Shown piece by piece: positions 1 to 10,860 of a DNA stretch of 64,000 nt (its first letter is position 1; every line of letters starts with the position of its first letter). This DNA is from Paracoccaceae bacterium (GTDB taxonomy: Bacteria > Pseudomonadota > Alphaproteobacteria > Rhodobacterales > Rhodobacteraceae). A program made the position numbers and the translations under genes. The stretch covers positions 41,720 to 105,719 of the forward strand of contig JAIOJF010000025.1 of the NCBI GenBank assembly GCA_019911965.1. Reading direction: 5' to 3'. The notes under the pieces were generated by a model, which worked only from the letters and a program-made list of their open reading frames with translations, made no database searches and had not been told where the DNA came from.

Positions 1-600
1 GGTGATTCGCTGCTGGCGGCGCTGAAACTCGCCCGCCCGGACAGCCGCAACATCCTGGTGCTGGGGGCGGGCACCGTCGCGCGATCGTTGATCGAGGCCT
101 ATTCCGCCGGTTTCCCCGATGCCCGTTTCACGCTCTGGAACCGCACCGCAGCGAAACTGCCGGCGCTGGTGCAGGCCTTTCCGGGCCATGACATCACCAT
201 TGCCGAGGATCTGGAACACGCCGTCCGCGCCGCCGATATCGTCACCTCGGGCACGATGGCCAATCAGCCGTTCCTGCGCGGGGCCTGGCTGCAACCCGGC
301 CAGCATGTCGATCTGATCGGGGCTTACCTGCCGGACATGCGCGAGGCCGATGACGAGGCGATGCGCCGGGCGCGAATTTTCGTCGACAGTTACGAGACCA
401 CCGTGGAGCAGATCGGCGAATTGATCGACCCGATCCGCAACGGCACGATCAGCCGCGACGATATCCTCGCGGATTTTCACGATTTGCCATCGGGGCGGTT
501 TGCGCGTAGTTCCAGCGATGAGATAACCCTTCACAAGAACGGCGGCGGTGCGCATCTTGACCTGATGATTGCCGCCCATATCAGGGAAGTTTGCCGATGA
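1..600 (+). CDS. ornithine cyclodeaminase / mu-crystallin family protein (5' end outside window)
   Basis: Frame 1 is open from position 1. Rossmann-like VLGAGTVA and HVDLIGAYLPDMRE motifs are typical of the OCD/mu-crystallin family. The stop overlaps the next gene's ATG (ATGA at 597-600). Confidence 0.8.
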   Translation, partial: GDSLLAALKLARPDSRNILVLGAGTVARSLIEAYSAGFPDARFTLWNRTAAKLPALVQAFPGHDITIAEDLEHAVRAADIVTSGTMANQPFLRGAWLQPGQHVDLIGAYLPDMREADDEAMRRARIFVDSYETTVEQIGELIDPIRNGTISRDDILADFHDLPSGRFARSSSDEITLHKNGGGAHLDLMIAAHIREVCR

Positions 601-1406
601 TTACCGCTCAACAGATCGAAGATTTCCAGCGCGACGGTGCCGTCATGGTGCCCGGCGTGCTGACCGGCTGGATGGAGCTGCTGCGCGACGGGATCGAGCG
701 CAACATGGCCGAACCCTCGCAATACGCATCGGAAAACGCGGTGACCGAAGGGCGGTTCTTTGACGATTACGTCAACTGGACCCGCATCCCGGAGTTTGAG
801 CGTATCATCCGCGAAAGCCCGGTGGCCGAGGTTGCCGCGCGTGCCATGCGCTCGCAGACCGCGCAGTTCTTCCACGATCACGTGCTGGTCAAGGAACCCG
901 GCACGCCCAAGCCGACACCCTGGCATCAGGACGGCCCCTATTACTTCGTCACCGGCGAGCAGACCGTCAGTTTCTGGATTCCGGCGGAAAAGGTCGAGGC
1001 GGCAACCCTGCGCTTCATCGCCGGGTCGCATCGCTGGGACAAACCGGTTCGCCCTGTGTCGTGGGCCGATGACAGCGATTTCTACGAATCCGGGCAGGAA
1101 TGGATCGAGGTTCCCGATCCTGACAGCGATCCCAGGGATATGCGGGTGCTGGAATGGGTGATGCAGCCCGGCGATGCGGTGCTGTTCGATTTCCGCACCG
1201 TGCATGGTGCTCGTGGCAATTTCACCCCGTCGCGCCGCCGCGCCCTGTCGCTTCGATGGGTCGGCGACGATGCGCGTTACGTGCAGCGCCCGGGCCGCAC
1301 CTCGCCGCCTTTCCCCGGCCATGACATGCGCGAAGGCCAGAAGCTGCGCGAGGACTGGTTCCCGGTGATCTGGCCGGCCGGTTCCGGCACCGGCGAAACC
1401 GCCTGA
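597..1406 (+). CDS. phytanoyl-CoA dioxygenase (PhyH) family Fe(II)/2-oxoglutarate oxygenase
   Basis: MITAQQIEDFQRDGAV N-terminus, WHQDGPY (HxD), distal His in TVHGARGN and an RRALSLRW Arg motif. ATG at 597 is preferred over the TTG at 591 given in the track. Confidence 0.85.
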   Translation: MITAQQIEDFQRDGAVMVPGVLTGWMELLRDGIERNMAEPSQYASENAVTEGRFFDDYVNWTRIPEFERIIRESPVAEVAARAMRSQTAQFFHDHVLVKEPGTPKPTPWHQDGPYYFVTGEQTVSFWIPAEKVEAATLRFIAGSHRWDKPVRPVSWADDSDFYESGQEWIEVPDPDSDPRDMRVLEWVMQPGDAVLFDFRTVHGARGNFTPSRRRALSLRWVGDDARYVQRPGRTSPPFPGHDMREGQKLREDWFPVIWPAGSGTGETA

Positions 1407-1431
1407 GAGCGACGAACAAGGAGGCGCTGCA

Positions 1432-2298
1432 ATGCAGATCAAAGCCAATGGCATCATGCTGGAGGTCGAGGAGTTCGGGCCAAAGGACGGCATTCCCCTG
1501 ATCCTGATCCGTGGCCTCGGCAGCCAGTTGATCCACTGGCCGCAGAACTTCTATCGCGGGCTTGGTCTGCGCGGCTACCGCACGATCATCTTCGACAACC
1601 GCGATATGGGCCTGTCGCAGCGCTGCCCGGCCCCCGGCGTGTCCGGCAAGGCCACGGATATCCTCGCCGCGCTGGGGCGCGGGGAAACCCCGAAGGCGGC
1701 CTATGGTCTGGACGATATGGCGCGCGACGTGGTTGGCCTGATGGATGCGCTGGGCATCGCGCGGGCGCATATCTTCGGCATTTCGATGGGCGGCGGCATT
1801 GGCCAGATTCTGGCCGGCGAACATGCCGACCGATTGCTGAGTGCGACCCTGGTGATGACATCGGCGCGGCTGCGCGATCCGGGCAATCTGCAGAAGATGC
1901 TGTCCTGGCCGGCGACACGAGAACAGGCGCAGGACAATTGGGTTGCCGGACACGCCTTCTGGGGCACGCCCGGCTATCCGGTCTCCGAGGCGGAAATGCG
2001 CACTGAAGCCGCACTGGCCTGGGATCGCGGCTGGTCGGACGAGGCGGAGAACCGCCAGATCCTGGCGATCATGGCGCTGTCGGACCGGCGCGAGGCGCTG
2101 AGCCGCGTTGCGCTGCCCTGCTACGTCATCCACGGCGCGGACGACGCCCTGGTGCCGCCCGATCAGGGCCGGGAAATCGCCGAGCTTGTTCCGGGTGCGG
2201 CCCTCGATATCATCGATGGCATGGGCCATGTCATCACGCCGCTGCTGGCCCCGATCATCATCGACAAGCTGGACGCCTTCATCCGCCGCATCCCCTGA
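1432..2298 (+). CDS. alpha/beta-fold hydrolase
   Basis: Nucleophile elbow GISMGG, HGADDALVP and a C-terminal GMGH catalytic His region. Length 288 aa. Confidence 0.8.
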   Translation: MQIKANGIMLEVEEFGPKDGIPLILIRGLGSQLIHWPQNFYRGLGLRGYRTIIFDNRDMGLSQRCPAPGVSGKATDILAALGRGETPKAAYGLDDMARDVVGLMDALGIARAHIFGISMGGGIGQILAGEHADRLLSATLVMTSARLRDPGNLQKMLSWPATREQAQDNWVAGHAFWGTPGYPVSEAEMRTEAALAWDRGWSDEAENRQILAIMALSDRREALSRVALPCYVIHGADDALVPPDQGREIAELVPGAALDIIDGMGHVITPLLAPIIIDKLDAFIRRIP

Positions 2299-2307
2299 GC
2301 GGAATAT

Positions 2308-2330
2308 CGACTTTGTTCAGGAAATACTCC
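2308..2330 (-). repeat. GAGTATTT-type intergenic motif, copy 1 (GGAGTATTTCCTGAACAAAGTCG on minus strand)
   Basis: 21/23 identical to the copy at 4959-4981. Lies 3' of gyrB, directly after a GC hairpin. Confidence 0.45.
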
Positions 2331-2344
2331 CCGGGTGTCCGGGG
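2329..2344 (-). terminator. candidate intrinsic terminator downstream of gyrB
   Basis: CCCCGG-ACAC-CCGGGG hairpin on the minus strand followed by AGTATTTCC, about 76 nt after the gyrB stop. The T-tract is short. Confidence 0.45.
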
Positions 2345-2419
2345 GCAGGCAGCTATCGGCCCAGCGCTCTTCGGGCGAAGCGCGGGAAAAGGCGCGGGAG
2401 CGCGGCCTTGCGGCAGGGA

Positions 2420-4918
<2,499 letters not shown>

Positions 4919-4958
4919 TTACGCAATCGGCGGCGGGGGGCCAGCCCCCTCGACTGCC

Positions 4959-4981
4959 GGAGTATTTCCGGAACAAACTCG
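4959..4981 (+). repeat. GAGTATTT-type intergenic motif, copy 2 (GGAGTATTTCCGGAACAAACTCG)
   Basis: Intergenic, between the gyrB 5' end and the stop of the NTF2-like gene. Preceded by a GGGGG/CCCCC hairpin. Inverted relative to copy 1. Confidence 0.45.
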
Positions 4982-4983
4982 TA

Positions 4984-5394
4984 TCAGGTCAGGGCGTCGC
5001 GGAACTTCAGGAAACGCGGATCGGTCATCACCCGCGCGTTCATCGCATCGCGCAGCGCGCCGATGGATTTGTGCGGGCGCATCACCACCTCGAACTCCGC
5101 GATCAGGCCGTCCTCGTCCAGCGTGATCAGATCGACGCCGACCGCGTCCAGATCGCCGATCCGGCATTGAAATTCCAGCGCCCAGTCTTTGCCGCTGCCA
5201 ATCACCCGGCGGTAGCGGAAATCGCTGAACACCTGCCCGACATGGCCCAGAACAGCAGCGACAGGCGCGCGCCCGGTCCAGGTTTTCCAGTAGGTCGGCG
5301 GCATGAAGCGGACATTTTCAGCCAGGATGGTTTCAATCGCGGCGGCGTCGCCCGAGGCGACGATCTCTTGCATTCGGGTGATGGTGGGGTGCAT
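4984..5394 (-). CDS. NTF2/SnoaL-like fold protein
   Basis: About 136 aa from MHPTITRMQEIVASGDAAAIETILAENVRF. The pattern resembles SnoaL-like/NTF2 small proteins. The start was chosen at the internal ATG. Confidence 0.55.
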   Translation of the reverse strand: MHPTITRMQEIVASGDAAAIETILAENVRFMPPTYWKTWTGRAPVAAVLGHVGQVFSDFRYRRVIGSGKDWALEFQCRIGDLDAVGVDLITLDEDGLIAEFEVVMRPHKSIGALRDAMNARVMTDPRFLKFRDALT

Positions 5395-5470
5395 GTGCGG
5401 CCTTTCAATGATGTGGCGGTATCTAGCGGCTTTCGCCGAACCGGGGCAAGGCTTATGGAAAAAGGGCAAG

Positions 5471-6121
5471 ATGGTACTGGACAAGCTGCATTATGTTCCC
5501 CCCGACGGGCCGGTTCGCGTGGTTCACCGCGACGATGACCTGTTGCTGGTGGACAAGCCGTCCGGCCTGTTGTCGGTGCCCGGAAAGGACATGGCGCATC
5601 GCGATTGTCTGGAAACTCGGGTGAAGGCGGCATTTGAAGGTGCCTTGCTGGTGCATCGGCTGGATCTGGATACTTCCGGGCTGATGGTATTCGCGATGAA
5701 CAAGCGCGCGCAGCGGCATCTGGGGCTGCAGTTCGAGCGGCGCAGGATCGCCAAAAGCTATATCGCAATTGTCAGCGGTCTTGTCGTGGGTGACGAAGGC
5801 CTGATCGACCTGCCGCTGATCGTGGACTGGCCGAACCGCCCGTTGCAGAAGGTCTGCCACGAGACCGGCAAGCCAGCCCAAACCGCCTGGCAGGTGCTGG
5901 CGCGGGGCGATGGTGAAACCCGGCTCGGATTATGGCCCCGCACGGGGCGCAGCCACCAGTTGCGGGTGCATTTGCAGGCGCTTGGCCATCCGATCCTGGG
6001 GGACCGGTTTTACGGCGATACCGGATCGGCACCGCGCCTGATGCTGCATGCCGAAAGCCTTGAGCTGCATCACCCGGCGGATGGCGCGCGGCTACTTTTC
6101 AAATGCCCTTGCCCGTTCTGA
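5471..6121 (+). CDS. RluA-family pseudouridine synthase
   Basis: LLVDKPSGLLSVPG, HRLDLDTSGLMVFA and RTGRSHQLRVH motifs. Start at MVLDKLHY. Confidence 0.85.
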   Translation: MVLDKLHYVPPDGPVRVVHRDDDLLLVDKPSGLLSVPGKDMAHRDCLETRVKAAFEGALLVHRLDLDTSGLMVFAMNKRAQRHLGLQFERRRIAKSYIAIVSGLVVGDEGLIDLPLIVDWPNRPLQKVCHETGKPAQTAWQVLARGDGETRLGLWPRTGRSHQLRVHLQALGHPILGDRFYGDTGSAPRLMLHAESLELHHPADGARLLFKCPCPF

Positions 6122-6160
6122 CGCGGCCTTGCTACGGTGGCCGTGCAACAGGAGGCTTCC

Positions 6161-6661
6161 ATGTCCGATGATTTCCCCGACACCCTGACGCAGACGATCG
6201 GCGTATTGCTTCGGCGCGAGACCGAGGCGCGAGTGCTGGCCCCGGTGATCGACGCGCTGGCCGATACCTTCGGGCGCGATGCCGTGGTAGCGGTGGTGCG
6301 CGACGCGATCGTGCGGCTGGCGCGTGAACAGGGGTCCTCGCTTGCGGCGGAATACGGTGACGGCGCCGATGCGTTTCTGGAAACGCTGCAATTCTGGACC
6401 AAGGGCGGCGCGCTGGAGATCGAGGTGCTGGAACATTCCGCGACAAGGCTCGATTTCGACGTGACGCGCTGCCGCTATGCCGAGATGTACCGCGCCCTTG
6501 GCATTGCCGATCTGGGCAAGGTCCTGTCGTGCAACCGCGATTACGCGATGGTCGAGGGCTTCAATGCCGATGCCGCGCTTACCCGCGATGAAACGATCCT
6601 GACCGGCAGCCCCTGCTGCACCTTCCGCTACCGGTTTCCCGACCCCGGCAAAAAGCCGTAA
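6161..6661 (+). CDS. L-2-amino-thiazoline-4-carboxylic acid hydrolase-like family protein
   Basis: [31 protein letters not shown] and a C-terminal CCTFRY resemble the ATC-hydrolase-like family. ATG at 6161 is preceded by AGGAGG. Confidence 0.5.
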   Translation: MSDDFPDTLTQTIGVLLRRETEARVLAPVIDALADTFGRDAVVAVVRDAIVRLAREQGSSLAAEYGDGADAFLETLQFWTKGGALEIEVLEHSATRLDFDVTRCRYAEMYRALGIADLGKVLSCNRDYAMVEGFNADAALTRDETILTGSPCCTFRYRFPDPGKKP

Positions 6662-6821
6662 TATCCGCACAAATCCACCCGAAATTCGGCGGGATTGCCA
6701 CGCAGACAGGCCAGCGGGGCGATACGATGGCCGGTGCAGCCTTTACCGGCATGCGCCTTCAATGGCATAGTGGCCGAAACGGGCAATAAAAACGACCCCG
6801 GGGCGCAGTTGGGTGGGAAAG

Positions 6822-7391
6822 ATGCAGGCAGAACCGACGGCATTGCCGGATGTCCGGCTGATCAGAACCAGGCGGTTCGGCGACGAGCGCGGGTTCTTCG
6901 CGGAAACGTGGAACCAGCGGGGATTTGCCGAAGCGGGCCTCGATTTCCCATTCGTGCAGGATAACGAAAGCCTGTCGCGCGATGCCGGCACCTTGCGCGG
7001 GTTGCACTACCAGGCCCCGCCCTATGCCCAGACCAAGCTGGTGCGCGTGGTGGCCGGATCGGTGCTGGACGTGGCGGTTGACGTGCGCGTCGGCTCGCCG
7101 CATTTCGGGCAATCGGTGGCGTTTCTGCTGTCGGCGGAGAACGGCCATCAATTGCTGGTGCCAAGGGGATTCCTGCACGGCTTCCTGACATTGGAGTCGG
7201 CAACCCATGTGATCTACAAGGTGGACAATTTCTACAATGCCGAGGCCGACGGCGCGGTGATCTGGAACGATCCCGATATCGCCATCAAATGGGGCATTGA
7301 TCCTGATTCGGTGATCCTGTCGGCCAAGGATGCGGTGGCGCCGCGACTGGCCGACTGGCAATCGCCGTTCGTATACGAGGGCGCGGCATGA
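6822..7391 (+). CDS. rfbC: dTDP-4-dehydrorhamnose 3,5-epimerase
   Basis: [20 protein letters not shown] and PRGFLHGF motifs. The stop overlaps the rfbB start. Confidence 0.93.
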   Translation: MQAEPTALPDVRLIRTRRFGDERGFFAETWNQRGFAEAGLDFPFVQDNESLSRDAGTLRGLHYQAPPYAQTKLVRVVAGSVLDVAVDVRVGSPHFGQSVAFLLSAENGHQLLVPRGFLHGFLTLESATHVIYKVDNFYNAEADGAVIWNDPDIAIKWGIDPDSVILSAKDAVAPRLADWQSPFVYEGAA

Positions 7392-8431
7392 AGCTGCTGG
7401 TGACAGGCGGTGCGGGCTTCATCGGGTCCGCCGTGGTGCGCCGGGCGATTGCGGATGGCCATCAGGTGGTCAATCTCGACAAGCTGACCTATGCGGCGTC
7501 CCTGTCCAACGTGGCCTCGGTCAGTGACAATCCGGCCTATCGCTTTGAACATGAGGATATCTGCGACCGCGAGGCGGTGGACCGGGTATTCGCCAGCCAT
7601 CGCCCGGACGTGGTGATGCATCTGGCGGCGGAAAGCCATGTGGACCGGTCGATCGACGGACCGGGCGAGTTCATCCGCACCAATGTGACCGGCACCTTTA
7701 CCCTGCTGGACGCCGCAAGGGCCTACCGCGATGCCAACGGGCGGGATGATTTCCGCTTTCACCATGTCTCGACGGACGAGGTTTACGGCACGCTCGGACC
7801 TACCGGCCTGTTTACCGAGGCCACGCCTTACGCGCCGAATTCGCCCTATTCGGCGTCCAAGGCGGCCAGCGATCATCTGGTCCGTGCCTGGGGCGAAACC
7901 TATGGATTGCCGGTGCTGGTGACCAATTGTTCAAACAATTACGGCCCGTTCCATTTCCCCGAAAAGCTGATCCCGGTGGTGATCCTGAATGCGCTGGCAG
8001 GCCGCGCGATCCCGGTTTACGGACAGGGCGTGAACGTGCGCGACTGGCTGTTCGTCGAAGATCACGCGGCGGCCCTGTTGCTGGTGGCAGCCAAGGGCAG
8101 GATCGGCGAGACCTACAATATCGGCGGCAATGCCGAGGCGACGAATATTGATCTGGTGCGCCGCCTCTGCGCGATCCTCGATGCCGAAGCGCCCAGCGAT
8201 GCGCCTTACGAGCGGCTGATTACCTTTGTCGCCGACCGGCCCGGCCATGACCTGCGCTATGCCATTGATGCCACGAAAATCCGCGACGATCTGGGCTGGC
8301 AGCCTTCGGTGACGCTGGATCAGGGGCTGCGCCATACTGTCCGCTGGTATCTCGACAATCGTGACTGGTGGCAGGCGATCCTGGCACGCGGCCACCGCCC
8401 CGAGCGGCTGGGCCTTGGAAAGGCGGGCTAG
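7388..8431 (+). CDS. rfbB: dTDP-glucose 4,6-dehydratase
   Basis: [23 protein letters not shown] and [15 protein letters not shown] motifs. Confidence 0.95.
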   Translation: MKLLVTGGAGFIGSAVVRRAIADGHQVVNLDKLTYAASLSNVASVSDNPAYRFEHEDICDREAVDRVFASHRPDVVMHLAAESHVDRSIDGPGEFIRTNVTGTFTLLDAARAYRDANGRDDFRFHHVSTDEVYGTLGPTGLFTEATPYAPNSPYSASKAASDHLVRAWGETYGLPVLVTNCSNNYGPFHFPEKLIPVVILNALAGRAIPVYGQGVNVRDWLFVEDHAAALLLVAAKGRIGETYNIGGNAEATNIDLVRRLCAILDAEAPSDAPYERLITFVADRPGHDLRYAIDATKIRDDLGWQPSVTLDQGLRHTVRWYLDNRDWWQAILARGHRPERLGLGKAG

Positions 8432-9298
8432 ATGCGGCTTCTGGTATTCGGCAAGACCGGACAGGTGGCGCGCGAACTGGCCGATCTGTGCCGGGCGGAG
8501 GGCGTACAAGCCGAGTTTCTGGGCCGCGAGGTGGCCGATCTGGCCAATCCGGTGCAATGTGCCGCGCGGATCGCCAGTGCCGAGGCGGATATCGTCATCA
8601 ACGCCGCCGCCTATACGGCGGTAGACCGGGCGGAAACCGAACCCGAACTGGCCCGCACCATCAACGCCGAAGCCCCCGCCGCGATGGCGGCGATGGCGCA
8701 TTTGCGGGCGATGCCGTTTTTGCATATCTCGACCGATTACGTGTTTGACGGCTCCGGCGACCGGCCCTGGGCGGAAGACGATCCGACCGCGCCGCAATCG
8801 GTCTACGGCGAAACCAAGCTGGCAGGCGAGCGCGGCGTGGCGGAATCCGCGGGCGCGCATGCGATCCTGCGCACGGCCTGGGTGTTTTCCCCCTATGGCG
8901 CGAATTTCGTCAAGACCATGCTGCGCCTCGGGGCAGAGCGCGATGCCCTGAATATCGTCGAGGATCAGTCCGGTGGGCCGACCCCGGCAGCGGCCATCGC
9001 ATCGGCGCTGGTGACGATGGCGCGGGCGTTTCATGCCGGCGGGGGCGTGTCCGGCGTGTTCCATTTTGCCGGTGCGCCCGCCACCACCTGGGCGGATTTC
9101 GCCGAGGCGATCTTTGCCGCCCGCCCGGACGCGCCCAGGATCAACCGCATCCCGACCCGCCTGTTCCCGACCCCGGCGCGACGCCCGGCAAATTCGGTGC
9201 TGGATTGCCGCAAGATCGCGGACACCTACGGCATTGCCCAACCCGACTGGCGGCAGGGGCTGGCGAGGGTTCTCAAGCAGTTGGAGGCAGAGAGATGA
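8432..9298 (+). CDS. rfbD: dTDP-4-dehydrorhamnose reductase
   Basis: MRLLVFGKTGQVAREL, NAAAYTAVDRAE and YGETKLAGE motifs. Directly abuts rfbB. Confidence 0.93.
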   Translation: MRLLVFGKTGQVARELADLCRAEGVQAEFLGREVADLANPVQCAARIASAEADIVINAAAYTAVDRAETEPELARTINAEAPAAMAAMAHLRAMPFLHISTDYVFDGSGDRPWAEDDPTAPQSVYGETKLAGERGVAESAGAHAILRTAWVFSPYGANFVKTMLRLGAERDALNIVEDQSGGPTPAAAIASALVTMARAFHAGGGVSGVFHFAGAPATTWADFAEAIFAARPDAPRINRIPTRLFPTPARRPANSVLDCRKIADTYGIAQPDWRQGLARVLKQLEAER

Positions 9299-10179
9299 GC
9301 ATCAGACGGCGCAAGGGGATCATTCTGGCGGGCGGCTCGGGCACGCGGCTTTATCCGATCACGCATATGGTCTCCAAACAGCTTCTGCCGCTTTACGACA
9401 AGCCGATGGTCTATTATCCCCTGTCGGTGCTGATGCTGACCCATATCCGCGAGGTTGCCATCATCTCGACCCCGCGCGACCTGCCCTTGTACAAGGCGCT
9501 GCTGGGGGATGGCTCGCAATGGGGCATGGCGTTTGACTATATCGAGCAGCCCAATCCCGACGGTCTGGCACAGGCCTATCTGCTGGCGGAAAAGTTTCTG
9601 GACGGCGCGCCATCGACGCTGGTTCTGGGCGATAACGTGTTCTTCGGCGAAGGCCTGTCGGGCAAGCTGAAGGCGGCGGATGCACGCGCCGAGGGCGGCA
9701 CGGTGTTTGGCTATCAGGTCAGCGATCCGGAACGCTATGGCGTGGTGGAGTTTGACGGCGACAACCGGGTGATGTCGATTGTCGAAAAACCGCAAAAGCC
9801 GAAATCATCCTTTGCCGTCACCGGCATCTATTTTCTGGACGGCGAGGCCCCGGCGCTGGCGCGGCAGGTGAAGCCCTCGCCACGGGGTGAACTGGAAATC
9901 ACCGATCTTCTGAACATCTACCGCGAGGCCGGCCGGCTGAACGTGGAAAAGCTGGGCCGTGGCTATGCCTGGCTGGATACCGGCACCCATGACAGCCTGC
10001 TGGAAGCCGCCGATTTCATCCGCACGATCGAGAAGCGGCAGAACCTGAAAGTGTCCTGCCCCGAGGAAATCGCCTTTCTGAACGGCTGGATCACCCGCGC
10101 CGAGCTGATGGCGCAGGCCGAACCTTACCTGAAAACCCAGTACGGCCAGTATCTTGTGCGGATCGCCGAAGGGCGCTGA
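9295..10179 (+). CDS. rfbA: glucose-1-phosphate thymidylyltransferase
   Basis: KGIILAGGSGTRLYPIT, LGDNVFFG and GYAWLDTGTHDSL motifs. ATGA overlap with the rfbD stop. Confidence 0.95.
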   Translation: MSIRRRKGIILAGGSGTRLYPITHMVSKQLLPLYDKPMVYYPLSVLMLTHIREVAIISTPRDLPLYKALLGDGSQWGMAFDYIEQPNPDGLAQAYLLAEKFLDGAPSTLVLGDNVFFGEGLSGKLKAADARAEGGTVFGYQVSDPERYGVVEFDGDNRVMSIVEKPQKPKSSFAVTGIYFLDGEAPALARQVKPSPRGELEITDLLNIYREAGRLNVEKLGRGYAWLDTGTHDSLLEAADFIRTIEKRQNLKVSCPEEIAFLNGWITRAELMAQAEPYLKTQYGQYLVRIAEGR

Positions 10180-10184
10180 GCGGC

Positions 10185-10664
10185 TCAGTCTCCGGGCCTG
10201 GCCGTTCCGTATTGCCCGGCGAAAAACACCAGCGGTTCCAGATCGCATTGCTCGCAATCCTCGACCGCGCCGAAAAACACCACGTGATCGCCCGCCTCGA
10301 CAATCATGGTGCGGCGGCATTCAAACGTAGCGATGGTGTTGCGGATCACCGGCAGCCCGGCAAGGCCGCGAAACCAGTCGATACCGGCGAAACGGTCCTC
10401 GGACGGGTTGGCAAAGCAATCGGAAATGGCGCGCTGGTCGCTGGCCAGGATGTTGATGGCGAAATGGCTGGCATTGCGGAACACCTCCAGATTGGGCGAG
10501 CGCGTGACCAGCGACCACAGAACCAGCGGCGGCTCCAGCGAGACGGAGGTGAACGAATTGATCGTCAGCCCGACCGGCGCATCGTTGCCATCCGTTGTGG
10601 TAACGACGGCAACGCCGGTGGCAAACTTTCCGAAGGCCCGGCGCAAGGCCATCGACTTGTCCAT
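10185..10664 (-). CDS. flavin reductase family protein (FMN-binding split barrel)
   Basis: FATGVAVVTT, GLTINSFTSVSLEPPLVLWSL and GDHVVFFG motifs. Start at MDKSMALRRAF. Confidence 0.8.
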   Translation of the reverse strand: MDKSMALRRAFGKFATGVAVVTTTDGNDAPVGLTINSFTSVSLEPPLVLWSLVTRSPNLEVFRNASHFAINILASDQRAISDCFANPSEDRFAGIDWFRGLAGLPVIRNTIATFECRRTMIVEAGDHVVFFGAVEDCEQCDLEPLVFFAGQYGTARPGD

Positions 10665-10860
10665 GAGCTTTCCTTCGGTCAACGACACCTGAGGGGATGT
10701 AGGCCGAACCACCCTTTCAAACAAGTTGAAACCGCGTCAATCTGTCCTCCGCCCTGCCGCGATGCGCGACGGCACACCGCCCCGGCACCCGAAATCCGCC
10801 TTTCCCTGCGGCATTCCTTGCGCTATTGACGCCCGGACATTCCGACGAAGGCAACAGCAC

